Source: an uncultured Eubacteriales bacterium
GTDB lineage: Bacteria; Bacillota; Clostridia; Oscillospirales; CAG-272
Direction: 5' to 3'
Assembly: GCA_934378145.1 (NCBI GenBank)
Contig: CAKXXW010000001.1
Location: 1,458 to 65,457, forward strand
DNA length: 64,000 nt
The number at the start of each line of letters is the position of its first letter. Within the stretch, counting starts at the first letter, position 1. Shown piece by piece: positions 55,435-63,814 of this stretch. The notes beneath the pieces were generated by a model that saw only the letters and a list, made by a program, of their open reading frames with translations, was not told where the DNA came from and did no database searches. The position numbers were made by a program, and so were the translations under genes.

Positions 55435-57748
55435 TTGTATCTTTACCCGAAGCGTCTTCCTTCGGGATCTCGCGCTCATATCCGCAATCCTTATCCGAGC
55501 AGACAAGGAGGTTCTTGCCCTTTTTTCGCATCAGGGTCTTGCCGCATTTCGGGCAGACCTCCGCGGTAGGGATGTCCCATGTCGAGAAATCACACGCCGG
55601 ATAGTTCGCACATCCGTAGAAGGTCGAAGCCCTCGATCTTCCGTGGCGTTTTACAAGTCCGCCGCCGCATTTCGGGCATTTTCCGGGGGTCTCCTCGTTT
55701 ATGTGCTTTGTATAGCGGCACTCGGGGAAACGAGAACAGGCATAGAAACTGCCGTATCTTCCCGTTCTGAGGACGAGGTCGGCTCCGCAAAGTTCGCACT
55801 TGAGTCCGGTCTTCTGAGGCTCGGGCTTCTCCGGTGCGGGCTTTTTCTCTTCCTGCGCGGCATCGGCGGCGGGCTTCTCGGGATTTACAAGCGGCTTTGT
55901 GTTGCGGCATCTCGGATAGTTCGGGCAGGCGGCAAATTTTCCGAACTTGCCGGTGCGCACGACCATCTTCGCTCCGCACTTTTCGCATATCATATCGGTC
56001 TCCTCGGCGGGGATAGCGATCTTCCCCGCATCGGATGCCTCGGCTTTCTCAAGCTCTTTTTCAAAGTCAGCCCAGAAATCGGTGAGGACCTTCTCGAGCG
56101 AGGTCTCCCCCTTCTCTATATCGTCAAGGCTGTCTTCCATATTTGCGGTGAATTTATAGTCCACTATATCGGCAAATTCGTTCTTCATAAGCTCGGTGGT
56201 CGCTTCTCCGAGCGGGGTAGGCACGAGTGCCTTTCCGTCACGGCGGACATAGTCGCGGTCAAGGATTATCGAGATTATCGCCGCGAAGGTGCTCGGTCTG
56301 CCGATACCTTTTTCCTCAAGGAATTTGACAAGTGAGGCTTCGGTATATCTCGGCGGAGCTTCGGTATAGTGCCTGCTCGGGGTTATCGCGTTCGCCTTCA
56401 GGATATCTCCGCTCTTAAGCTCGGGGAGCTTGAGATTCTTCTCTTCGTCCGAATCGGAAGCCTGCCCGTCCTCGACGGTCTCCTCGTACACCGACATAAA
56501 GCCGGGGAAGGTCACGGTATAACCGCTCGTTCTGAATATATATCCGCCGCAGGCAACATCCGCCGTAACGGTCGAGAGTGCCGCCGACTCCATCTGGCTC
56601 GAGATGAATCTGTCCCAGATGAGCTTATAGAGCCTGTACTGCTCGGGAGTGAGGAAGGATCTTATCTGTGCCGGCTCAAGGTCGACTCTTACGGGTCTTA
56701 TCGCCTCGTGTGCGTCCTGTGCGCCGTTGCGTGATTTGAAGTTTCTCGGAGTTTTCGGGCAATATTCCTCGCCGTATTTGCCGCGGATAAGCTCGCGGGC
56801 AGCCTCCTGCGCGTCGGTCGAAACCCTCTGCGAGTCGGTACGCATATAGGTTATAAGACCCTGTGCGCCGCCGTTGGCAGCTCCGACATTGACGCCCTCG
56901 TAAAGCTCCTGCGCTATCTTCATCGTGCGCGAGGATTGGAAATTCAGCTTCTTCGACGCTTCCTGCTGGAGAGTCGAGGTCGTGAAGGGCGGTGCGGGCG
57001 ATTTATGCTTTACGCCCTTTTTGACATCGGTAACGGTAAAGTCCTTGCCCTCCGTTGCCAAAAGCACTGCGTCGGCTTCCTCCTTGTTTGACAGGTGCAG
57101 CTTCTTTCCGTTCTCATCGCCGAAGAATCTTACAGTGAAGTTCCTGCCGGCGGATGTGACAAGATCGGCGTCGATAAGCCAGAATTCCTCGGGCTTGAAA
57201 TCGCGTATCTCCTGCTCACGGTCAACGATTATCCTTGCCGCTACGGATTGTACTCTTCCGGCGGAAAGTCCGTTCCTTATTCTTTTCCAAAGCACCGGAC
57301 TGAGCTTGTAGCCGACGATACGGTCAAGGATCCTTCGCGCCTGCTGAGAGTTTACAAGGTTCATATCGACATTGCGCGGAGCCTTTATTCCCGCCTTGAC
57401 AGCCGTCTTTGTGACCTCGTTGAAGGTCACACGGAGCGTCTTGTCGACCGGAATATCAAGGACCGTCGCAAGGTGCCATGCGATCGCTTCGCCTTCGCGG
57501 TCAGGGTCGGTCGCAAGGAAGACCTTGTTCGCCTTCTTTGCCTCTTTCCTTATCTCCTTGATAAGGTCGCCCTTGCCGCGTATGTTTATATAGTGAGCCT
57601 CAAAGCCGTTGTCAATGTCCACACCGAGCGTACTCTTCGGCAGGTCACGGAAATGGCCCTTGCAGGCTATCACACGGTATCCCGAACCGAGATACCCTTT
57701 TATCGTAGCCGCCTTTGAGGGCGACTCGAGAATCATCAGATTTGCCAT
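55424..57748 (-). CDS. topA: DNA topoisomerase I
   Basis: 774 aa with TOPRIM N-terminus 'LMILESPSKAATIKGYLG' and multiple C-terminal CxxC zinc ribbons. Confidence 0.95.
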   Translation of the reverse strand: MANLMILESPSKAATIKGYLGSGYRVIACKGHFRDLPKSTLGVDIDNGFEAHYINIRGKGDLIKEIRKEAKKANKVFLATDPDREGEAIAWHLATVLDIPVDKTLRVTFNEVTKTAVKAGIKAPRNVDMNLVNSQQARRILDRIVGYKLSPVLWKRIRNGLSAGRVQSVAARIIVDREQEIRDFKPEEFWLIDADLVTSAGRNFTVRFFGDENGKKLHLSNKEEADAVLLATEGKDFTVTDVKKGVKHKSPAPPFTTSTLQQEASKKLNFQSSRTMKIAQELYEGVNVGAANGGAQGLITYMRTDSQRVSTDAQEAARELIRGKYGEEYCPKTPRNFKSRNGAQDAHEAIRPVRVDLEPAQIRSFLTPEQYRLYKLIWDRFISSQMESAALSTVTADVACGGYIFRTSGYTVTFPGFMSVYEETVEDGQASDSDEEKNLKLPELKSGDILKANAITPSRHYTEAPPRYTEASLVKFLEEKGIGRPSTFAAIISIILDRDYVRRDGKALVPTPLGEATTELMKNEFADIVDYKFTANMEDSLDDIEKGETSLEKVLTDFWADFEKELEKAEASDAGKIAIPAEETDMICEKCGAKMVVRTGKFGKFAACPNYPRCRNTKPLVNPEKPAADAAQEEKKPAPEKPEPQKTGLKCELCGADLVLRTGRYGSFYACSRFPECRYTKHINEETPGKCPKCGGGLVKRHGRSRASTFYGCANYPACDFSTWDIPTAEVCPKCGKTLMRKKGKNLLVCSDKDCGYEREIPKEDASGKDTNEQ

Positions 57749-57778
57749 TTGATTACCTTTCGATCAAGATTTAACGGT

Positions 57779-59125
57779 TTATTTTTTTAAGAACATACCA
57801 CCGGGAAGTCCGGTGACAAGTCCCTTGAGTTCAAGTATAGTAAGTCCGGCGATAACATCCCCGACACCGATCCCCTCGACGCGAAGCGCATCGGTCGAGA
57901 CCGCCTCGTCGTCCGGCATCGCCGCGTAGATCGCGCGGAGGTTCGGGTCGAGGGTCTCGAATATCTTTTCGGAGCCGTCCGGCTTTCTCGCGGATACGGG
58001 CTTCGGTGCTTCGGCTTCGGGCGCCGGTGCGGGAGCTTTTTTGTCATTATCCGGCGTGGGAGCCTTCTGAGCATATCCGGCCCGGCGGATCTTCTGCGCG
58101 GCGGGTACGGCGTTATCGGTCGGACGCGATTCGGATTCGGTCTTTCCTATCATAAAATCGGGGGTCGTACCGTATCTCTGAAGTACCCTCGGATCAAGCT
58201 CGCAGTTCGCCTTAGCCGCCGCAAGCCTTACCTGATCGGTGACCTTTCCGTAGAGCGGAAGGAATTCGTTCAGTATATCCTCGGCTCTGAGGACCGGATG
58301 CGCACCGTCACGGATGAGCGCGTTCGTTCCGTTTGAGTTGGGCGAGCCTACATTGCCGGGAAGCGCAAAAAGCTCTCTGCCCTGCACCAGTGCATCGCGC
58401 GCGGTTATCATCGCCCCGCTGTCAAAGTCGCCCTCGACTATGAAAGTCCCCTGACACAGACCGCTGATTATTCTGTTCCTTTGAGGGAAGGTATATCTTG
58501 TCGGAGCGGATCCGGGCGAATACTCGCTCAGCACCGTTCCGCGGCGGACAAGCTCCTCGTAAAGAAGTCTGTGACGCTGGGGATAAGGTCTGTCGACGCC
58601 GCTTCCGAGAACGGCAACGGTGTGACCTCCGGCGGCGAGCGCGGCGCAAGCCGAGATGCTGTCGACTCCGAGCGCCATGCCGCTGACGGTAATAACTCCC
58701 GCCGATGCAAGTCCGTAAGATATTTTATACGCCGAATGACAGCCGTATTCGCTCATCTTGCGTGTTCCGACCACTCCTATGCAAAGAAGGCGGTCAAACT
58801 GAGGCATAAGTCCCCTCGCATAAAGCACTATCGGCGGATCCTGTATCTGCCGCAGGCGGGACGGATACCTTTCATCATCGAGAGGTATTATCTCTATATT
58901 CTGCTTATCGCAGACATGAAGTATCCGTTCGGCGTCGTCAAGCCTCTTATCGGCAAGCACACCGAATTTTTCGTTTCCGTCACGGTCAAAACCGGTGAGC
59001 TGTTCGGCATCGGCACGATAGATCTCAAAGACCGATCCGAAGCGTTTCAGAAGCTCCTGCGCGTGCTTATTGGCGGCACCGAGGCGTTCGGCGAGCCATA
59101 TCCAGTAAATCGTACCGTCTGCCAT
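57779..59125 (-). CDS. dprA: DNA-processing protein DprA (Smf)
   Basis: 448 aa from ATG 59125, 7 nt after a GGGGGA RBS. It has the Rossmann-like 'VSGMALGVDS' and an extended P/A-rich linker before the C-terminal winged-helix-like domain. Confidence 0.85.
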   Translation of the reverse strand: MADGTIYWIWLAERLGAANKHAQELLKRFGSVFEIYRADAEQLTGFDRDGNEKFGVLADKRLDDAERILHVCDKQNIEIIPLDDERYPSRLRQIQDPPIVLYARGLMPQFDRLLCIGVVGTRKMSEYGCHSAYKISYGLASAGVITVSGMALGVDSISACAALAAGGHTVAVLGSGVDRPYPQRHRLLYEELVRRGTVLSEYSPGSAPTRYTFPQRNRIISGLCQGTFIVEGDFDSGAMITARDALVQGRELFALPGNVGSPNSNGTNALIRDGAHPVLRAEDILNEFLPLYGKVTDQVRLAAAKANCELDPRVLQRYGTTPDFMIGKTESESRPTDNAVPAAQKIRRAGYAQKAPTPDNDKKAPAPAPEAEAPKPVSARKPDGSEKIFETLDPNLRAIYAAMPDDEAVSTDALRVEGIGVGDVIAGLTILELKGLVTGLPGGMFLKK

Positions 59126-59149
59126 AACGACATCCCCCAAAAAATGAAT

Positions 59150-59974
59150 TCAGCCGAGCTGTCTTTTCTGCTCCCAAAGGAGTATTGATGCGGCTATCGC
59201 CGCGTTGAGGGATTCCGCTCCCTCGGAGATGGGGATAAAGACCTTCGCGTCGCAGGCATCAAGCACCCCACGCGAGAGTCCGTGACCCTCGTTCCCGACG
59301 GCAAAGCAGTCTCCCGCCGAGAGCTTCATACGGTCAAGCGCCACCGCCCCGCGGTCAAGCGCCGCGGCGAAGACCCTTCTGCCGCACTGTCTCAGTATCC
59401 CGATCGCTCCTGCAAGGTCATCGACGGAGGTCACCTTCATCTCGAAGAGCGTCCCCATAGAGGCTCTGACCGTCTTCGGATTATAGATGTCGGCACAGTC
59501 CGAGCTGATAACAAGGCGGTCTGTCCCGAAGGCTGCTGCCGATCTTATGACCGTTCCGAGGTTTCCGGGATCGCGCACCGATTCGAGCAGCAGGACTCTC
59601 TCATCCCCCCACCCGAAAAAGGCGTCTTTATTTATTGTAGCAATTTTTCCGTGATTGTCAAGATGTTTTACCGCACATATGATGCCCTCGGGTGATTTTT
59701 CTTCCGAAACGCGGTCAAAAACGGCATCGGAAAGGATCACAGCCTCGCAATCGGGAAGGTTTTTCCCGAGCCTTTCAAGCACTCTGTCCCTTGAGGATTC
59801 CCTCAAAAGCACAAGTTCGGGAGAAATGCCGCGTGCGAAAAGCTCACCGGCGAGCTTTATGCCGTCGGTGCGGAAAAGTCCGTACTCATCACGGTATTTT
59901 TTCTCCGTCAGCGAGCGGATCTTCATCACGGTCGGATTGCTCTTCGATGTGACGGTTTCTTCTCTGAATCTCAT
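59150..59974 (-). CDS. TrmH/SpoU-family RNA 2'-O-methyltransferase
   Basis: 274 aa with SpoU motifs 'LESVRDPGNLGTVIRSAAAFG', 'VGNEGHGLS' and 'ESLNAAIAASI'. Confidence 0.8.
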   Translation of the reverse strand: MRFREETVTSKSNPTVMKIRSLTEKKYRDEYGLFRTDGIKLAGELFARGISPELVLLRESSRDRVLERLGKNLPDCEAVILSDAVFDRVSEEKSPEGIICAVKHLDNHGKIATINKDAFFGWGDERVLLLESVRDPGNLGTVIRSAAAFGTDRLVISSDCADIYNPKTVRASMGTLFEMKVTSVDDLAGAIGILRQCGRRVFAAALDRGAVALDRMKLSAGDCFAVGNEGHGLSRGVLDACDAKVFIPISEGAESLNAAIAASILLWEQKRQLG

Positions 59975-59991
59975 ATCTTCCTGTCCGGTAT

Positions 59992-60020
59992 AAAAAAACC
60001 CGGCAAAGACCGGGTTTTTT
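59992..60020 (-). terminator. Terminator of the infC-rpmI-rplT operon
   Basis: Stem CCCGG / CCGGG extended by A/T pairs and flanked by A7 and T6 (bidirectional). Confidence 0.8.
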
Positions 60021-60025
60021 ATGAC

Positions 60026-60385
60026 TCAGGCGTTGAGCGCTGCCTTTGCCTGTGCGCAAAGGGTCGCGAACGAGTCCTTGTCGGATACTGCCAGCTCGGA
60101 GAGGACCTTGCGGTTCAGCTCGACGCCGGACTTCTTCAAACCGTGCATAAGGGTCGAATAGTTCATTCCGTTGAGCTTTGCCTGTGCATTGATCCTTGCG
60201 ATCCAGAGCTGCCTGAATTCTCTCTTCTTCTGCTTTCTGCCGATGAATGCGTAGTTACCGCTCTTCATCACAGCCTGCTTTGCCATCTTGAAGTGCTTGC
60301 TCTTTGCACCCCAATAGCCCTTCGCAGCCTTCAGAACTTTATTTCTTCTCTTGCGCGTCATGAGCGCACCTTTGATTCTTGCCAT
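60026..60385 (-). CDS. rplT: 50S ribosomal protein L20
   Basis: 119 aa: '[26 protein letters not shown]'. Confidence 0.97.
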   Translation of the reverse strand: MARIKGALMTRKRRNKVLKAAKGYWGAKSKHFKMAKQAVMKSGNYAFIGRKQKKREFRQLWIARINAQAKLNGMNYSTLMHGLKKSGVELNRKVLSELAVSDKDSFATLCAQAKAALNA

Positions 60386-60404
60386 CTTCTTTTCCTCCTA
60401 CCGA

Positions 60405-60599
60405 TTATTTCTGGATAAGTCTTCTTATGTTGGCAGCCATCTTGCCCTCAACATAGTCCGCAGTGCGGAGGTGTCTCTTTCTCTTCTGATCCTTCTTACC
60501 GAGCTTATGACGGTGTTCCGCGTGGTTCATCTTCACCTTGCCGGTGCCGGTGACGGAAAATCTCTTGGCAGAAGCTCTATGTGTTTTGACCTTTCCCAT
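60405..60599 (-). CDS. rpmI: 50S ribosomal protein L35
   Basis: 64 aa: '[22 protein letters not shown]'. Confidence 0.95.
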   Translation of the reverse strand: MGKVKTHRASAKRFSVTGTGKVKMNHAEHRHKLGKKDQKRKRHLRTADYVEGKMAANIRRLIQK

Positions 60600-60673
60600 T
60601 TCAAATAACTCCCTTTCTGTTTCTTTATATCATTACAGTCCGCGGCATCGCCGCGTGCCGAACATGAACACTG

Positions 60674-61189
60674 TTACTTTTTGACCGGTACGACGATCAT
60701 GCTGTAAAATCTGCCCTCAAGTACGGGAGGTTTCTCGACCGTGCCGAATTCCGAGACAGCGTCGCGGAATTTGTCAAGCACCTCTTTACCGATCTCCTGG
60801 TGGCTCATTTCCCTGCCCTTGAATCTGAGGACAACGCGCACCTTGTTTCCCTGCTGAAGGAATTTTGCGGCATTTCTCGCCTTCGTCTCAAAGTCGTGGA
60901 CATCGATGCGGCAGGAAAGCTGAACTTCCTTAAGCTCGACGACCTGCTGTTTCTTCTTCGCTTCCTTCTCGCGCTTATCGCGTTCAAAGCGGAAACGACC
61001 GTAGTCCATTATCTTGCAGACGGGCGGGTCGCTCTGCGCCGCCATAAGGACAAGGTCAAGACCCTTGTCATACGCCATTTCGAGAGCGGCGTGGCTCTTC
61101 ATGATGCCGAGAGTCTCGCCCTCGGGCCCGATGACTCTGACCTGCGGGAATCTTATGGCCTCATTGACCAGCATTTCTTTTGCGCTAAT
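60674..61189 (-). CDS. infC: Translation initiation factor IF-3 (ATT start)
   Basis: ATT at 61187-61189 lies 9 nt after GGAGG and is in frame. The N-terminus '(M)ISAKEMLVNEAIR' aligns with Bacillus 'MISKDQLVNEGIR'. The track ORF starts at the internal ATG 61174. Confidence 0.9.
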   Translation of the reverse strand: MSAKEMLVNEAIRFPQVRVIGPEGETLGIMKSHAALEMAYDKGLDLVLMAAQSDPPVCKIMDYGRFRFERDKREKEAKKKQQVVELKEVQLSCRIDVHDFETKARNAAKFLQQGNKVRVVLRFKGREMSHQEIGKEVLDKFRDAVSEFGTVEKPPVLEGRFYSMIVVPVKK

Positions 61190-61333
61190 CGGGATTCACC
61201 TCCAAATAAAATAAAAAGCACGGAAAGCATAGACCTCCGTGTTAACAGCAACGCCGCAAGGGCGCTCATATTATACCGTACTCGCGGAGCGGTACGGTGA
61301 GAACAGAGATCGTTCTGCTTCATTGACTCAATG
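61190..61333 (-). promoter_or_regulatory. infC leader (L20-leader-type attenuator)
   Basis: The leader is about 140 nt and contains the hairpins CCGTACCG..CGAGTACGG and CACGGA..TCCGTG. The second is followed by T5 (terminator at 61213-61241), just before the infC RBS. Confidence 0.5.
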
Positions 61334-61362
61334 ATTATACCACACTTTCCCCTGTCTGTCAA
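61334..61362 (-). promoter_or_regulatory. infC operon promoter
   Basis: Read on the minus strand: TTGACA (61357-61362), 17-bp spacer, TGgTATAAT (-10 at 61334-61339). Confidence 0.65.
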
Positions 61363-61381
61363 GGGTTTTTGCAAATTTTTC

Positions 61382-61588
61382 TCATTTTTCGTCTTCGGTA
61401 TATCTCATTATATCCTCAACACGGCAATCAAGTATCCGGCAAAGGTCATCGACGGTCACCGTGCTTATCGGCTTGTTGTGTTTCAGGCGGTCAAGCAGGC
61501 TGCGGCTTATATTATACTTGTTCACCAGCTTGTATGTCGTGACATTTTTTCTCTTAAGCGTTTCATAAAAAGGCTCATAGGTTATCAT
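61382..61588 (-). CDS. Small XRE/Cro-like helix-turn-helix protein
   Basis: 68 aa from ATG 61588 (AAAGAGG RBS). 'MITYEPFYETLKRKNVTTYKLVNKYNISRSLLDRLKHNKPISTVTVDDLCRILDC' is typical of a widespread small HTH family. Confidence 0.75.
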   Translation of the reverse strand: MITYEPFYETLKRKNVTTYKLVNKYNISRSLLDRLKHNKPISTVTVDDLCRILDCRVEDIMRYTEDEK

Positions 61589-61609
61589 GGCACTCACCTC
61601 TTTAATCAC

Positions 61610-61638
61610 ATTATAAAATATACCCTACATATTGACAA
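61610..61638 (-). promoter_or_regulatory. Promoter of the small HTH gene
   Basis: Read on the minus strand: TTGTCA (61633-61638), 17-bp spacer, TATAAT (61610-61615). Confidence 0.5.
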
Positions 61639-61660
61639 TTGTCGATAAATAGAGTATAAT
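61632..61660 (+). promoter_or_regulatory. Promoter of the 131-aa hypothetical gene
   Basis: TTGACA (61632-61637), 17-bp spacer, TATAAT (61655-61660). Its -35 overlaps the divergent -35 within the palindrome GACAATTGTC (61634-61643). Confidence 0.55.
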
Positions 61661-61693
61661 CGATAATAAAGAGCTTTATACGGAGGATCGCCT

Positions 61694-62089
61694 ATGGCAT
61701 ACAAGCTGAGAATCAACTTCAAAATGGGAGAAAACCTTGCAAAAAGGATCTCCGACGGCAGGAACGAATATTCCCTTACCGTCTATGTTGATATGATAAT
61801 GCTCGGTGAGACCTGCGGCGACCGCACCTTCTGGGTCAACGACGGGGACCATATTCTGAAGGTGATGTTCAATGATCTCAATGTCAGGGAAAAGTACCGC
61901 ACCTCGGTCGACCTCGGAAAAAGGCATTTCAGCATTGAAAAAAGCGATGCCGAATTCACGGTCATCGCCAAAACTCCCGACCCAGACGGGGTAAGCCTTA
62001 CCGAAGGCAACGGAGAAAACGGTGAAATCCCTCCGAAAAAACCGGCAGGTAATATATTCTCGACCTTCTTCGGAAGAAAAAGGCAATAA
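61694..62089 (+). CDS. Hypothetical protein (131 aa, no recognised domain)
   Basis: It has a good promoter, an ACGGAGGA RBS and a strong terminator, so I prefer it over the antisense ORF 61676-62086. The protein looks soluble and has a basic C-terminal tail 'FFGRKRQ'. Confidence 0.6.
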   Translation: MAYKLRINFKMGENLAKRISDGRNEYSLTVYVDMIMLGETCGDRTFWVNDGDHILKVMFNDLNVREKYRTSVDLGKRHFSIEKSDAEFTVIAKTPDPDGVSLTEGNGENGEIPPKKPAGNIFSTFFGRKRQ

Positions 62090-62091
62090 AA

Positions 62092-62121
62092 AAGGAACGC
62101 CCGACGGAGCGTTCCTTTTTT
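62092..62121. terminator. Bidirectional terminator (sigE and the 131-aa gene)
   Basis: Stem AGGAACGC / GCGTTCCT flanked by an A-run and T7. Confidence 0.85.
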
Positions 62122-62130
62122 ATTTTATTG

Positions 62131-62871
62131 TCATATTTTGCCCGCAATCTCACGGCGCAGGCGAGCGATGATCTTTTTTTCGATCCTCGATATGTATGAC
62201 TGTGAGATCCCGAGCATATCGGCTACCTCCTTCTGGGTCATCTCGCGGTTGCCGCCGAGGCCGAATCTCATCCCGACGATAAGCTGTTCCCTTTCCGAAA
62301 GCTTTCCGATCGCCTCGCGTATGACGCGGCGCTCTTCCCGCTTTTCAAGCTCGTAGGAAACGCTGTCCTCCTCACAGCCGAGGATGTCCGACAGCAGAAG
62401 CTCGTTGCCGTCCCAGTCGATATTCAGCGGCTCGTCGATCGAGACCTCGCATTTTGCGGGACTGCGCTTTCGGATATACATAAGTATCTCGTTTTCGATA
62501 CAGCGCGAGGCGTAGGTCGCGAGCTTTATGTTTTTCTCGGGATGAAAGGTATTTATCGCCTTTATCAGACCGACAGTCCCTATCGAGACAAGGTCTTCTA
62601 TCCCGATGCCGGTGTTTTCAAATCTTTTCGCTATGTAGACGACAAGGCGCAGATTGTGCTCGACGAGGAAAGGTCTTGCATCCTCGTCGGTATCAAGCCG
62701 GCAAAGCACCTCGGCTTCCTCCTCCGCCGACAGCGGCGCGGGAAGAACATCCGGACCGTTTACATAAAACAGCCCGTTTTTCTCTGCTTTTTTTGCCGAT
62801 ATACGCGAAAAAAGCCGTTTGAAAAAAGCTATCGGATTCAAGAGATCCACCTTCCTTTCGTTCCTGATCAT
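62131..62871 (-). CDS. sigE: Sporulation sigma factor SigE (pro-sigma-E)
   Basis: 246 aa. '[65 protein letters not shown]' is near-identical in pattern to Bacillus SigE. It carries an N-terminal pro-sequence and directly follows spoIIGA (ATGA overlap). Confidence 0.92.
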   Translation of the reverse strand: MIRNERKVDLLNPIAFFKRLFSRISAKKAEKNGLFYVNGPDVLPAPLSAEEEAEVLCRLDTDEDARPFLVEHNLRLVVYIAKRFENTGIGIEDLVSIGTVGLIKAINTFHPEKNIKLATYASRCIENEILMYIRKRSPAKCEVSIDEPLNIDWDGNELLLSDILGCEEDSVSYELEKREERRVIREAIGKLSEREQLIVGMRFGLGGNREMTQKEVADMLGISQSYISRIEKKIIARLRREIAGKI

Positions 62872-63755
62872 ACTGCAAGCTCGGACGGCAGAAGCGCCTG
62901 AAAGCCCGAGGCGCTTCCCGCGAGCTTTACGGGTGCGAAGAGCGCATCGACCGTCTGAGGCTTTCCTCCCGGCAATGTGACCGTGAGTCTGTCGGGTGTC
63001 ATGGCGTAAAGCATCCCGTTGCCCGTTGCGGTCTTTGACGGCACAAGGCGAAGTCTCCTTGCGCTGTCTGGTGGCAGCGAGGCGAGATATGAAGCGTCAT
63101 TCTTTCTCACCGCCCGGATAAGAGCATCGGGAAGCGCCTCCGAAATGCTGTCGATATCGGCAACGACGACCGGTTTGCCGCTCATCGGGTCGCGGACAAG
63201 GTTTCCGCTGTCAAATATCGCCGAGAGCCTAACCGTCTTGCCTCCGATGCTTATCTCGATATCCGCCGTGCGTTCGCTTTGCTTTTTGCGGAAGAACCTT
63301 CCGCCGGCGAGCGTCGCCGCGCCCGAGATCGCTGCAAGCAGCGCAAATAGCCACACCGGCATACCGTCGCCGCTCTGTTCGAGCGAACCGAGAGGCAGTC
63401 CGAGCGAGTTCAAAAGGTTGAACATTGCCGTCATAAGCCCCGCGAGCGCCGCCGAAACGCCTATGTAGGTCAGCGAGCAGAGCATAAATTTCCAGAAGCC
63501 CGTCTTCTTACCGGTAAAGACGGCAACGCACATAAGTATTCCCGCACCGATATCGCAGACAAGCTCGAGCGGCGGCACAAAGCCCGAAAAAAGTATTACG
63601 ACCGCATATATCCCTCCGCCGACAGAGGCCAAGAGCGCCCGCAGTCTCGGAAAATTCCTGTGAAGCAGTTTTGCCGTTATGTAAAAGCAGAGGTAATCCA
63701 TACTGAAATTTATAAGAAACAGCAGGTCTCCGTAAACAGTCTGTCCCATATCCAT
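62868..63755 (-). CDS. spoIIGA: Sigma-E processing peptidase SpoIIGA
   Basis: 295 aa. The membrane N-terminus is '[20 protein letters not shown]', and the catalytic aspartate motif is '[18 protein letters not shown]'. Confidence 0.9.
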   Translation of the reverse strand: MDMGQTVYGDLLFLINFSMDYLCFYITAKLLHRNFPRLRALLASVGGGIYAVVILFSGFVPPLELVCDIGAGILMCVAVFTGKKTGFWKFMLCSLTYIGVSAALAGLMTAMFNLLNSLGLPLGSLEQSGDGMPVWLFALLAAISGAATLAGGRFFRKKQSERTADIEISIGGKTVRLSAIFDSGNLVRDPMSGKPVVVADIDSISEALPDALIRAVRKNDASYLASLPPDSARRLRLVPSKTATGNGMLYAMTPDRLTVTLPGGKPQTVDALFAPVKLAGSASGFQALLPSELAV

Positions 63756-63781
63756 TATGCTCCGTCCTTTGTATTACCAAA

Positions 63782-63814
63782 ATTATACATCTGTGCTGTC
63801 GAAAATCCTGTCAT
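63782..63814 (-). promoter_or_regulatory. Candidate spoIIG promoter with long spacer and Spo0A box
   Basis: Read on the minus strand: ATGACA (63809-63814), 21-bp spacer, TATAAT (63782-63787). A perfect 0A heptamer TGTCGAA lies on the plus strand at 63797-63803, inside the spacer. Confidence 0.5.

Noticed and set aside
61676-62086. A 136-aa minus-strand ORF overlapping the 131-aa plus-strand ORF.
   Set aside because: The plus-strand ORF has a consensus promoter, an RBS and a terminator in the correct orientation. The minus-strand ORF has none and would have to begin inside the sigE terminator.
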